From positions 480,001 to 512,000 of the forward strand of contig NZ_AP028907.1 in assembly GCF_036323395.1 (NCBI RefSeq): DNA of 32,000 nt, in the 5' to 3' direction. This document shows, piece after piece, positions 1 through 8,384 of this stretch. The DNA is from Pyrodictium abyssi (lineage in GTDB: Archaea > Thermoproteota > Thermoprotei_A > Sulfolobales > Pyrodictiaceae). The notes under the pieces are model-generated. The model did not search any database, was not told the origin of the DNA, and saw nothing but the letters and a program-made list of their open reading frames with translations. Numbering within the stretch: the first letter of the stretch is position 1; every line of letters begins with the position of its first letter. The position numbers and the translations under genes were made by a program.

Positions 1-91
1 GGAGCCTGTCGAGGCCTGGTATGCCTGAGGGCACAATCTCTATACGTTGGGTGGAGACGCCGAGGTCTTGCATCAGATCCCTGGTTTTCAT
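1..91 (-). CDS. KaiC/RecA-superfamily ATPase, N-terminal fragment (runs off the window)
   Basis: ATG at 91-89 on the minus strand. Translation is MKTRDLMQDLGVSTQRIEIVPSGIPGLDRL. The segment R-I-x-x-x-P-S-G-I-P-G-L-D resembles the N-terminal (T/S)GIPGLD motif of archaeal KaiC/RadB/ArlH-like ATPases. Only 30 codons are visible. Confidence 0.4.
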   Translation of the reverse strand, partial: MKTRDLMQDLGVSTQRIEIVPSGIPGLDRL

Positions 92-346
92 GGCTTTATC
101 CCTCGCCTCATTATGTATTCACCCCGGTCGCCCCTAGCACCCGCGTAGTAGGGTACACAACTCTTGGGCGTTCTAAATCTTAGACAGTTGCACGCGCTCC
201 TGGCCTCTGGAGGGCCAGGCTCTAGGGTGAAGCCGTGATAGTCTTGTTGGCCTCTGCGCGTGCTATGGCCTCATAGATAGCTTAGGCCGGCTGCTAGGAT
301 ATATCTCCTTCTTTCTCTATTGCTCGCTGCTGCTGTGGGTTGAAGG

Positions 347-1237
347 CTAGCTGACTACAGCTGGCGAGGCCAGGTAGGCCAGTATACTAGCTATTGTAAG
401 CGTTATTATGTACTTGGAGGCCATCAGTGTGTATCCGTGGACAACCCTGGCTATCACAATAGCTGAGGCTACCACTATCACGAGAAGGGAGTAGAAGTAG
501 AGGCCTCCAAGCAGGTCCGGGTCTATCGCTGCGCCGAAGAGCCCGCCCCCAGCTACCCCTGCTACGAGCGCCTGGACAATGCCAGCAGCCACGGCGTACG
601 TTAGCGAAGCCAGGGATACGACAAAGCTGTACTCCGATAGGCGGGACTGCGTGAGCTTCATCAGGCGGCGGCTCTCCCGGGAGTAAACCGCCGCGGAGGA
701 GAGCACCTCGTGCACCATGCCGCCGCTCAGCGACGCGGCGACTATGCTGCGGGCTAGTAGCCTCACGCGGGGCGGGGCTCTCTTGAAGGCCTCCTCGAAG
801 GCCTTCTCGAGGTCCCCGGTGGCGCGGTAGATGTGGGCCATGCGCTCCACGTAGGTGCCTAGCGGCGGTTTAATCATCTTCGCGGCCCTCAGCAGCGCCT
901 CAGCCGTGGAGCCGCTTGACGCGGTCAGCCCAGCGTAGGTGGAGAGCAGCTCTGCTAGCTGCTCGTCGAAGATGTCCATGACCCTTACGAAGCGCCTAGC
1001 GTAGAGGTATACGGGTAGCGAGGCCGCCGCGAGGACCCCTGCTATGAGTATCATTGTCCCCTTGTCTGTGACCACTGGTATGAAGTGGAAGAGCTGCACC
1101 CGGTACCGGGGCGTAATCCAGTCGATGCCTAGTACAGTGGCCAGCTTGGGGGCTAGCAGCGGGTAGCCGGTTATCCAGGCTATGGCCAGCCCCACCGCGG
1201 CAGCGAGCACGAGGACTCTGGCTATGGCCCCGGTCAC
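347..1237 (-). CDS. Type II secretion system F (GspF/TadC/FlaJ-like) pilus platform membrane protein, single-domain
   Basis: 296 aa. N-terminal TM helices are followed by a helical cytoplasmic segment (FDEQLAELLSTYAGL...GDLEKAFEEAFKRAP...VHEVLSSAA) and then C-terminal TM helices, the topology of one T2SSF domain. It lies 19 nt downstream of a second such gene and of the secretion ATPase. Confidence 0.72.
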   Translation of the reverse strand: MTGAIARVLVLAAAVGLAIAWITGYPLLAPKLATVLGIDWITPRYRVQLFHFIPVVTDKGTMILIAGVLAAASLPVYLYARRFVRVMDIFDEQLAELLSTYAGLTASSGSTAEALLRAAKMIKPPLGTYVERMAHIYRATGDLEKAFEEAFKRAPPRVRLLARSIVAASLSGGMVHEVLSSAAVYSRESRRLMKLTQSRLSEYSFVVSLASLTYAVAAGIVQALVAGVAGGGLFGAAIDPDLLGGLYFYSLLVIVVASAIVIARVVHGYTLMASKYIITLTIASILAYLASPAVVS

Positions 1238-1256
1238 GGCGGCAGCGCCTCCCCTC

Positions 1257-2138
1257 CTAGATCCTTATCCTGGACACCATGGAGTCTACTATCACTATGA
1301 CGGTGGCGCTGAGCATTGGTATCACTATGAACGTGGAGAGGAACAGTATAGTATCTATGCTCAGCCCGGGCATCATCGGGGCGCCCTGGAAGCTGATGGC
1401 CAGGAGGAGGCCGACAACGCCTATAGCCACGGGGAGCATGACGCACGCTGCGACGAATATCTCTAGTATCGCGCCTAGGCTGTTCGAGAGCTTCTCTATC
1501 TCGACCTCGAGAGTGTAGAGGTACTCAGTTATAGAGGCCGTGATTATCTCGCGGACCCCGGTGCCCGTCCTTGCGGCGGCTGCTAGGCCCGCGAAGAGCC
1601 CCCGGAGGCTAGGAACGGGGGTGATGCGCGCCGCCTCCTCTAGGACCGTCTCTACGGGTATGCCGGCCTTTATCCCGGAGACAATGTACTCCATCTCGAG
1701 GAGGAACTCCTTCAGCTCCCTGGCATCCTTCTCGTAGAGCATGATGAAGGCCTCTGAGAGCCCAGCCCCCGCCAGGAGCTTGGTGGCAAGCGCCTCCGCG
1801 AAGAGCAAGAAGCGTGGCTCCAGCTTACCGCCCCGGCTCTTGTATGCGAGCATCGGGAGGGATATGTAGAGGGCCAGCATCAGCGTGAACGCGGTGACCG
1901 CGGCTCCTACGGCTACAGCTACCGCGACGGGCAGGGGTAAGCCGAGGCCAACGTGCATCATTATGAAGGCGGTTACGGCTATAGATGATACGACGATAAC
2001 CATGACTATAAGGTAGGCTAGGGTGTAGCGCTCGAGGCTCGAGGAGAGCCCGGAGCCCAGTACGTGGTACCGTAGGTCCGGGTTCAGCTTCTCTCCCAGC
2101 CTGGTCAGTGCTGATACAGGGTCCACGGCGGGGTTCAC
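1257..2138 (-). CDS. Type II secretion system F (GspF/TadB/FlaJ-like) pilus platform membrane protein, single-domain
   Basis: 293 aa. TM pair, then a cytoplasmic helical domain (EPRFLLFAEALATKLLAGAGLSEAF...GIPVETVLEEAARITPVPSLRGLFAGLAAAARTGTGVREII), then C-terminal TMs. Its start overlaps the stop of the upstream ATPase by 4 nt (2135-2138), suggesting translational coupling. Confidence 0.75.
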   Translation of the reverse strand: MNPAVDPVSALTRLGEKLNPDLRYHVLGSGLSSSLERYTLAYLIVMVIVVSSIAVTAFIMMHVGLGLPLPVAVAVAVGAAVTAFTLMLALYISLPMLAYKSRGGKLEPRFLLFAEALATKLLAGAGLSEAFIMLYEKDARELKEFLLEMEYIVSGIKAGIPVETVLEEAARITPVPSLRGLFAGLAAAARTGTGVREIITASITEYLYTLEVEIEKLSNSLGAILEIFVAACVMLPVAIGVVGLLLAISFQGAPMMPGLSIDTILFLSTFIVIPMLSATVIVIVDSMVSRIRI

Positions 2139-3772
2139 CGGAGAAGCTTAAACTCGTAGGGCTCTACCTCGCTTAGAGCCTCCTGGTAGGTCTTATCCGG
2201 GTCACGCATATACATTCTAACCGTCTCGTGCAGCTCCAGCATATCCATGTTGCGCTTAGCGGCCCAGCGTAGCACCGTAGCCCTCATCTGTAGGTCGCGC
2301 CACACGTCCTCCGGCTTTACAACCAGCAGCTCCGCTATAGACTTCACGAAGCTGCTCTCCCGGCGCGCTAGCCTCCAGTCGTCCTCCCTGCTCAGCCATT
2401 GGAAGAGACGGCCGAGCACCACCTCGTCGCGGCTCGGGTCGTAGACGCTGGCCTCGTCTACCCGGGTCACCTTGCGGTACACCCTGCCGCCCCTCTCGAT
2501 GCGGAGAATGTTCACGTAGAGCTTAGCCGCGGCTATGAGGCTCTTAGGCACCTTCATGGGGGGCGAGGCGAGCCTCCGGATAAGCACGTCAGCGGACTCA
2601 GCGTGCACCGTGGTAAGGCCGCCGTGGCCAGTGGCGAGGGCCTGGAAGAACGCGAACGCCTCTAGGCTACGTATCTCGCCAACGATTATCACGTCGGGCC
2701 TCATACGGAGCGCGCTCTCCACCTGGGTCTGCAGGGTCACGTTCTGCACGCCGGGCATGTCGGAGAACCGCGTGTGCATAGCAGCCCAGTTGTCGTGGAA
2801 CGGGATGTAGATCTCCGGCGTGTCCTCGACGGTGACTATTTTGTACTCAGGCGGCAGCAGCATTGCCAGCGCGTTTAGCAGCGTAGTCTTGCCTGAGCCG
2901 GTGGGCCCGTAGATCACGACGCCCTGCTTGTACTGTATAGCCGCCCAGAGCGCAGCGGCAACGCCCTCGTCGAGGGTGCGGCGCCTCAGCAGCTCTACTA
3001 TCGTGTAGGGCTCGGCGCGGAACTTGCGTATAGTGAAGCTGTGGCCGCGCCGCGACACGACGTCGAGTATGATGTGTACACGGTAACCCTCGGGGCGTAG
3101 CACTCCCTCCACTATGGGGCGGGCGAGGCTCGGCTCACGGCCCGAACGGAGCGCCAGCTTCATGACAACACGCTCTAGTTCTTCCCGGTCGTTGAAGGTT
3201 ATGCTGGTTGTCAGCCACTCGAACTCGCTATGGTAGACGAACACCGGGGTGAAGAGGCCGTTACAGGATATATCCTCAATGTACTGGTCGCGTATAAGCG
3301 GGTCGAGCCGGCCATAGCCCACCAGGTCGCGCGCAATATAGTAGGCAACGGCCATGGCCTCCTGCTCCGGGTCAACACCCGCCTTCCGGAGCTTACCCCT
3401 CCACCTGCGTAGGGCAGGCTTAGCGAGCTTGTAGGCCTCGCGGAGCCCCTCGCCTAGGTCCTCTAGCTCGGAGAACCTGCGCAGCAGCTTCATATCGCCC
3501 AGTATGCGCTTTATAAGCTCGCTGTGTACGCGCTTGCCTATGTCGGTGAGCGGGGGCTCCTCGACATGGTAGAAGCGCCGGCCGTCAACGTCCTCGAACA
3601 CCCTCACAGCTACCCGCGGCTCCTCGAGGATGCTGTACTCGCGCAGTACCTGAGCCTCCTCTTGCTTCTCCACCGTCTTCTCCAGAACGTCCTCCGCGGT
3701 CTCCCCGCTGCCCTCGGCTTCCCTCTTCTCCTCAGCCTCCCCGGCACCCTTGCTGGCAGCTTCCTCGCCCAT
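2135..3772 (-). CDS. Type IV pilus / type II secretion family ATPase (VirB11/FlaI/TadA-like)
   Basis: 545 aa. Walker A GPTGSGKTT, Asp box VTVEDTPEI, Walker B PDVIIVGEIR, His box ATGHGGLTTVHA. Acidic low-complexity N-terminus. Confidence 0.92.
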   Translation of the reverse strand: MGEEAASKGAGEAEEKREAEGSGETAEDVLEKTVEKQEEAQVLREYSILEEPRVAVRVFEDVDGRRFYHVEEPPLTDIGKRVHSELIKRILGDMKLLRRFSELEDLGEGLREAYKLAKPALRRWRGKLRKAGVDPEQEAMAVAYYIARDLVGYGRLDPLIRDQYIEDISCNGLFTPVFVYHSEFEWLTTSITFNDREELERVVMKLALRSGREPSLARPIVEGVLRPEGYRVHIILDVVSRRGHSFTIRKFRAEPYTIVELLRRRTLDEGVAAALWAAIQYKQGVVIYGPTGSGKTTLLNALAMLLPPEYKIVTVEDTPEIYIPFHDNWAAMHTRFSDMPGVQNVTLQTQVESALRMRPDVIIVGEIRSLEAFAFFQALATGHGGLTTVHAESADVLIRRLASPPMKVPKSLIAAAKLYVNILRIERGGRVYRKVTRVDEASVYDPSRDEVVLGRLFQWLSREDDWRLARRESSFVKSIAELLVVKPEDVWRDLQMRATVLRWAAKRNMDMLELHETVRMYMRDPDKTYQEALSEVEPYEFKLLR

Positions 3773-3966
3773 AGCGTGCCTCCCTCCATGTCTCTATCCT
3801 TGCGTCCTAACGGCGCTGAAACCCCTCTAAACCCCTAGGGCTAGGCTGTACTCGCTCCTCATAAGGAGATAGAGATAGGAGTACTCTATTAAGGACTCAC
3901 CATAGAAGCAGTAGAGGAGCAGCTTGCTGCCTATAGCGCTGTATCCCCCTGGCCCGGGGACAAGGC

Positions 3967-4680
3967 CTAGCTGCAGCTCAGCTGCTCGACTACAACCCTG
4001 CAGGCAGGCGGCTCCAGAGACTCATCCAGGTAGACCACGTAGTCGTAGGGCCTAGAAGAGCCGGACGCTATGCTCCTGCACAGCCTCTCCTTCTCGGAGA
4101 CACTGGTGAGCCACCGGCTACGGTAGCCGAGCCCCCGCAGCAGCCCGGAGACTAGCGCCACGGGGAAGACGCGGAGCACCGGAGCCTCGTCGAGGGCCCG
4201 GAAGAGGCTACACTGCTCGGTCTCCATGTAGTAGCGGCCCTCCGGGTCTCGGTCTATCCTGAAGACCTCTAGGCCGAGGGGGGAGAGCCTCTCCGCGGCG
4301 TCGTGGTGGCACGCCCGGTTCAGCTCGAAGAGGTCGTCAACCGTCTCTAGCTTCATACCCCTCTGCTGGGCCGAGAGCCTCTGGACGTGGAAACTCCTCT
4401 CCACAGCCTCCTCGACTATACTGCCCAGCTGCACCATCCCAGCCCGTAGCCCCACGCTACGGTAAAGGTAGCGGGCAGTAGTAGCAACTATGTTACGGAA
4501 ATAGGTCATGTATACTAGCAGCCAGTGGGCCGCAGCCTCGGGGTCCTCTAGCGCCTTCTCAAGCACATCACTCTGTGGACCAGCCCTGCCTGCGCCAGGA
4601 ACCTTCAAGCCCTGATGCACCTCCCGCCCCCAGGCTAGCGCGCTGAGCCGAGTGCGTACATGGATGGCCAGGCCCAACAC
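3967..4680 (-). CDS. Hypothetical protein (possible accessory gene of the pilus operon; start codon uncertain)
   Basis: 237-aa ORF with GTG start and coding-like composition, on the same strand and directly upstream of the ATPase. The C-terminal half (ETEQCSLFRAL...VALVSGLLRGLGY...ERLCRS) resembles a V4R-type small-molecule-binding domain only loosely. The minus-strand motif AAATTAAAT (plus 4705-4713) sits about 25-33 nt upstream of the GTG. Confidence 0.5.
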   Translation of the reverse strand: MLGLAIHVRTRLSALAWGREVHQGLKVPGAGRAGPQSDVLEKALEDPEAAAHWLLVYMTYFRNIVATTARYLYRSVGLRAGMVQLGSIVEEAVERSFHVQRLSAQQRGMKLETVDDLFELNRACHHDAAERLSPLGLEVFRIDRDPEGRYYMETEQCSLFRALDEAPVLRVFPVALVSGLLRGLGYRSRWLTSVSEKERLCRSIASGSSRPYDYVVYLDESLEPPACRVVVEQLSCS

Positions 4681-4816
4681 CTCACCATATATAGAAGAAG
4701 TAGTATTTAATTTTAACCACGTGACATATAGTAACTAGCCGGGGCCGCAGAAACACCTAGACTACAAAAATATCCTACCCGGCATAGAGCCCCGGACCAG
4801 GCCAGGGCAGGAGGCT

Positions 4817-5098
4817 ATGGCAGGGCTCCGGAGCTACCTACGGGACATAGCGTCGGGGCGCCGCGGAGCAGTAGCCGCCTTCATGCTAGTGACGCTAGTC
4901 TACATAGCATCGCTACGCGGCCTCCTAGCAGTCGAGAAGACAATACCCCACAGGGGAGACCACCCGCTCCTACCCCTCGAAATAGGGGCAACAATACTCT
5001 ACACTACTGCGCTAGCTTTTACAATATACGTGGCCGGGAAACGACGCATTGCAAAGACACGTTATGCTGCCATTCACAGCAACGTTATAAGACAATGA
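4817..5098 (+). CDS. Small membrane protein, unknown function
   Basis: 93 aa with two predicted TM helices (AVAAFMLVTLVYIASL, IGATILYTTALAFTIYVAG). The SD-like GGCAGGAGG lies immediately upstream of the ATG. Confidence 0.45.
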   Translation: MAGLRSYLRDIASGRRGAVAAFMLVTLVYIASLRGLLAVEKTIPHRGDHPLLPLEIGATILYTTALAFTIYVAGKRRIAKTRYAAIHSNVIRQ

Positions 5099-5299
5099 GC
5101 AGGCGAGGAACCATCGGGGGCTTGATGCGGAGTTAGTACAAGCGGCTATAAAGTATAGCCCGGCAGGGTGCCGGGGCTAAAAAGTGAGGAGCATTATGCG
5201 GATCCACTATAATCGTCTAGCTGACGCTGTACAAGCATACGCTGAACACCAGCCGGTTAGGGTATTCTGGCCGCGTTCGGCCGACAGCCGGTCGGGGCG

Positions 5300-5734
5300 T
5301 TACCTTAGCGTCACCACGTAGCTGGCTTCAACACCGTTCTCTGTTACCACCTTCACCTGCACTACTTCGCTGAGCTTACCCGCTGGTACGTTAGCCACTA
5401 GCACCTCGTCCACGGCGCCGGGTGCCAGCTGCACGTTCACTGTAGTGTTTGCGGCAGCCACCGTATTGTTACTGTTTATCACATAGGCTGAGGCTATCTT
5501 AGTCTTTATGTCGCCGACGTTGCGTACGTATATCGTGAAGTTGTAGGTGTTACCGTTTACCTCGTACTGTACTGCGTCTATCTTGATCTGCTCCTGCATC
5601 TGGTAGCTATTCTGCGGCATGCTCTGCACTACACCGCTTACCCATAGGTATAGTAGTGCCGCTGTCGCTACAGCGATCAACACCAGTAGCGCTGTCGCGA
5701 CTACTGGGGATACGCCTCTAAGAAGACTCTTCAT
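5300..5734 (-). CDS. Archaeal type IV pilin (class III signal peptide, Pilin_N/DUF1628-type)
   Basis: N-terminus MKSLLRG|VSPVVATALLVLIAVATAALLYLWVSG is the canonical archaeal prepilin signal: basic residue-Gly, then a cleavage site before VSPV and a hydrophobic helix. The remainder is beta-rich with N-x-T/S sequons (NFT, NNT, NTT). Confidence 0.82.
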   Translation of the reverse strand: MKSLLRGVSPVVATALLVLIAVATAALLYLWVSGVVQSMPQNSYQMQEQIKIDAVQYEVNGNTYNFTIYVRNVGDIKTKIASAYVINSNNTVAAANTTVNVQLAPGAVDEVLVANVPAGKLSEVVQVKVVTENGVEASYVVTLR

Positions 5735-5951
5735 GGCGTATCGTCCTCTCTCCGGCTGTTTTTTCTCGTCGAAGGTAGCTCTATTAGCAACCCGCAGCCC
5801 GATGTCATGGTTTATGGATGCGTATAGGTATTAAGCAAGGCCGGCTCCTGCAGCCCATCTTTATAGTTATCGATGTTAGCTATTCAAGCTTCATGCTCCG
5901 GGCCGGATATGACCCCGTCCAGCGACACCCCTAGATAGCCCCTGCTGCCTC

Positions 5952-6248
5952 GTGGAGCGGGGGCGACTGGTGCCGCTGGGCGCTGTGGAGAGGGCCTCTA
6001 GGCTACAAGCCATACTCCAGTGGGAGGGAGGGTTCTGCGTCTCCCGCCACGCCTCCAGCATGCTGGTAATGCACTCCGGCAGGATAGTTGCGACACTCCA
6101 CGTCTACGAGGACGAGTGTAGCCTACGCATCTACAGGCCATGGATACGGGAGAACAGGGAGGCGCTCGAGGCGCTGAGGGCCCTCGTAGCCCGGCTCTGC
6201 AGCCGGGTGCTAGAGGAGTATGTGCCCAGAGAACAGCCAGGAGGGTAG
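5952..6248 (+). CDS. Hypothetical protein
   Basis: 98-aa ORF with GTG start and no clear SD. It ends 6 nt before the next ORF. No recognisable motif. Confidence 0.3.
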   Translation: MERGRLVPLGAVERASRLQAILQWEGGFCVSRHASSMLVMHSGRIVATLHVYEDECSLRIYRPWIRENREALEALRALVARLCSRVLEEYVPREQPGG

Positions 6249-6254
6249 ACTGCT

Positions 6255-6926
6255 ATGCCGGGGGGAAGCAGCACTAGTGATAATAGTGGTGGCGCTGGCT
6301 CGGGCCCCGGTCCCCTGGGGAAGCTGGCCGGGAGATCCGGGCTCTGGAGCCTCCTCTTCGCAGTGCTCGGGCTCTGGCTGGCCGAGGCGGCTCACTACAC
6401 AGTGCTCGCTGCGCAGCTCCACGGCGTGTCGGGGCTACGGGCCCTGCTCCTATACGCGCAGGTGGCGGCGCTGGGTGCCCCTCTCGCGGTGGCGCGGTGG
6501 CTATTCTACATGGGCGGGCTCTGGCTCTTCGCATGGCTCCTTGGCGTGCGTGGCCTCGACGGCCGCCGCGCGCTCGTAGCAGCCTCCTACACGGCTCTAG
6601 CACACGCGCTGGCAGCGCTCGCTGCTACGCCGCTATGGCTGGTGGCGGGGCAGGAATGGGCGCGGCAAGTGGTGGCTGCTAGCTACTACGGCTCCCTGGC
6701 CGCTGCGGCCGCTGCGCTCATCTGGGCCGGCGGCCGCGCAGCCGGGGGCTACGGGCCCCGCATAGCCTTGGCCTCTATTGCCTCTGTGCTGCTCGTGGGT
6801 ATGCCGCCGGCGGCGCTGCTTACGCCGGGGTTCAACGCGTACGCTAGCATACTGTACCTGGTGTCTGGCGGGGGTGCTGGCGCAGCCGTTAACGCTACAG
6901 CTGCTAGCACTACGCCAGGCGGGTAA
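6255..6926 (+). CDS. Ala/Leu-rich integral membrane protein, unknown function
   Basis: 223 aa with about 5 hydrophobic helices. The SD-like GGAGGG lies about 8 nt upstream of the ATG. The region is very GC-rich, so several overlapping ORFs exist. This frame is preferred for its TM pattern and SD. Confidence 0.5.
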   Translation: MPGGSSTSDNSGGAGSGPGPLGKLAGRSGLWSLLFAVLGLWLAEAAHYTVLAAQLHGVSGLRALLLYAQVAALGAPLAVARWLFYMGGLWLFAWLLGVRGLDGRRALVAASYTALAHALAALAATPLWLVAGQEWARQVVAASYYGSLAAAAAALIWAGGRAAGGYGPRIALASIASVLLVGMPPAALLTPGFNAYASILYLVSGGGAGAAVNATAASTTPGG

Positions 6927-7169
6927 GGTGTGATTTTCCTGCAGCGTGGTTCTCCTTTCCTCTTGCTCTCTTCTTCTGCCGCCGCTGCTCCCGTGTATCG
7001 AACGGTATAGTGGCTTCTCCGGCGCAATAATTTCCTCATATTTAGCGAGAAAAAATGTGCAGTATTAATAAGGGAGGACTATGGGCTCCATGCCTTCACG
7101 GGCCATGGCTGTAGCTGCGAGCTATCCAGAGCCGTAGCAGTCTACGCTGCTTGAGCGGTGTGATAGTCC

Positions 7170-8366
7170 ATGGCTAGGGGCTCCATGAGGCTAGACGTTA
7201 GGCGATTTGGCCGTACTAGGCTGGCCGGTGCAGTAGTTGTAGCCGCTGCAGCGCTAGCAGCATTGATAGCGTTCGCCTCGTTAACGGTGAATATTGACGC
7301 GTCTAAGGCCTATGCGGAGCTCGCCGAGAGCGGGTACACTATTACCAGCAGCAAGCTGTTTAGCGAGAAGGTGCTGGGCGCTCAGGGACCAGTAGCCGTC
7401 ATGTTCCGCTCCGAGACGTGCCCGATGTGTGAGCGCATGTACCCCTACTGGAGGGTGGTCGAGGAAAAGGCTCTGGAGCTAGGCTTTAGAGCGTACGATG
7501 TGAAGCTGACTAGGGAGACTAGCCGGGTCTTCGACCGGTACAGGGTGCACGACCTCCCAACATTCATAGTGTTCTACGGCGGCGAGCCGGTTGCAAGGCA
7601 CGTCGGCGCGTTCACGCCGGATGACGGGAACATAACTAGGGCTATGATAGAGTGGGTAACGGCGTCGATCCAGGGTAGCCGGCTGGAAGCAGCTGTAGAG
7701 GAGCAGGGGCCCCAGGCCCAGCAGCCGGGCCAGGAGTCCTCGCCGTTCACTACTCTAGCAGCTTCCGTAGCCACGGCGTTGACTGCGGGTGTTGTGGCCT
7801 CGCTCTCTCCCTGCGTCCTACCGCTGCTAGTCACCAATAGCGTTGCCTTAGCCAGGCGCGGCAAGGGCCCGGGCATAGCGGGCTGCCTGGCGTGTAGCCT
7901 ATCCGCGTTTGCCGGCGTGATGGCTGTTGGCGTGGTCTTTCTCCTGGCTTCTAGCCTCCTCGCGGAGGTACAGACAGTGGTTATGAGCGTCGTAGCCGTG
8001 GCTGTCGTAGCGGCGGGCGTGTCGTCGCTGCTAGGCCTACCGGCCGAGATTCCGAGCTCGCGTAGAATCCGCTCCGGCAGCCTGGCCGTATTCTGCGGGC
8101 TCTACGGGTTCCTAGCTCTCCAGTGTAGCCTCCCCATAGTCGTCGGCGCGTTGCTACTAGTGCTGGGTAGCGGGGGCCCGGGCAAGGGCCTAGTGGTGCT
8201 TCTCGCTTTCTCGCTAGGCCTCTCCCTGCCGCTATCAGTAGCCCTGCACCTCGGCCCCCGTATGGCCGCTCTGACAGGCCGGGTAGAGATGCTCGAGAGA
8301 GCTGGCGGCGTGGTAATGGTCCTCGCCGGGGCGGTCCTCCTAGCCCATAGCCTTGGCCTCATCTAG
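7170..8366 (+). CDS. ccdA: Thioredoxin-domain / CcdA (DsbD-family) fusion, thiol-reductant transporter for cytochrome c maturation
   Basis: 398 aa. N-terminal TM anchor, then a thioredoxin fold with CPMC (residues 84-87, nt 7419-7430) and DLPTFIVF. A Gln/Pro linker follows, then a 6-TM CcdA core with both signature cysteines (LSPCVLPLL and LQCSLPIVV). It lies immediately upstream of ccmF. Confidence 0.85.
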   Translation: MARGSMRLDVRRFGRTRLAGAVVVAAAALAALIAFASLTVNIDASKAYAELAESGYTITSSKLFSEKVLGAQGPVAVMFRSETCPMCERMYPYWRVVEEKALELGFRAYDVKLTRETSRVFDRYRVHDLPTFIVFYGGEPVARHVGAFTPDDGNITRAMIEWVTASIQGSRLEAAVEEQGPQAQQPGQESSPFTTLAASVATALTAGVVASLSPCVLPLLVTNSVALARRGKGPGIAGCLACSLSAFAGVMAVGVVFLLASSLLAEVQTVVMSVVAVAVVAAGVSSLLGLPAEIPSSRRIRSGSLAVFCGLYGFLALQCSLPIVVGALLLVLGSGGPGKGLVVLLAFSLGLSLPLSVALHLGPRMAALTGRVEMLERAGGVVMVLAGAVLLAHSLGLI

Positions 8367-8384
8367 CACAGTGTCATAGCCCCC

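Noticed and set aside
1182-1737. Plus-strand ORFs (1182-1466, 1279-1518, 1540-1737) and minus ORF 1234-1446 overlapping the platform genes
   Set aside because: They lie entirely inside much longer minus-strand genes that have clear family motifs. Their compositions are low-complexity and Arg/Pro/Ala-rich, as expected for off-frame reading of GC-rich DNA.
6210-7039. Alternative ORFs 6210-6422(-), 6220-6579(+), 6274-6603(-), 6497-6682(+), 6749-7039(-)
   Set aside because: They are mutually overlapping, Arg/Pro/Gly-rich and lack any motif. The 6255-6926 frame is preferred because of its SD and TM periodicity, but even that call is only moderate.
7081-7137. 18-codon uORF (MGSMPSRAMAVAASYPEP) with a strong GGGAGG Shine-Dalgarno, upstream of the Trx-CcdA gene
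   Set aside because: The only TATA-like element (ATTAATAA, 7064-7071) would place the transcription start after this ATG. The peptide has no Cys/His or other feature suggesting a regulatory leader. It is probably a chance ORF.
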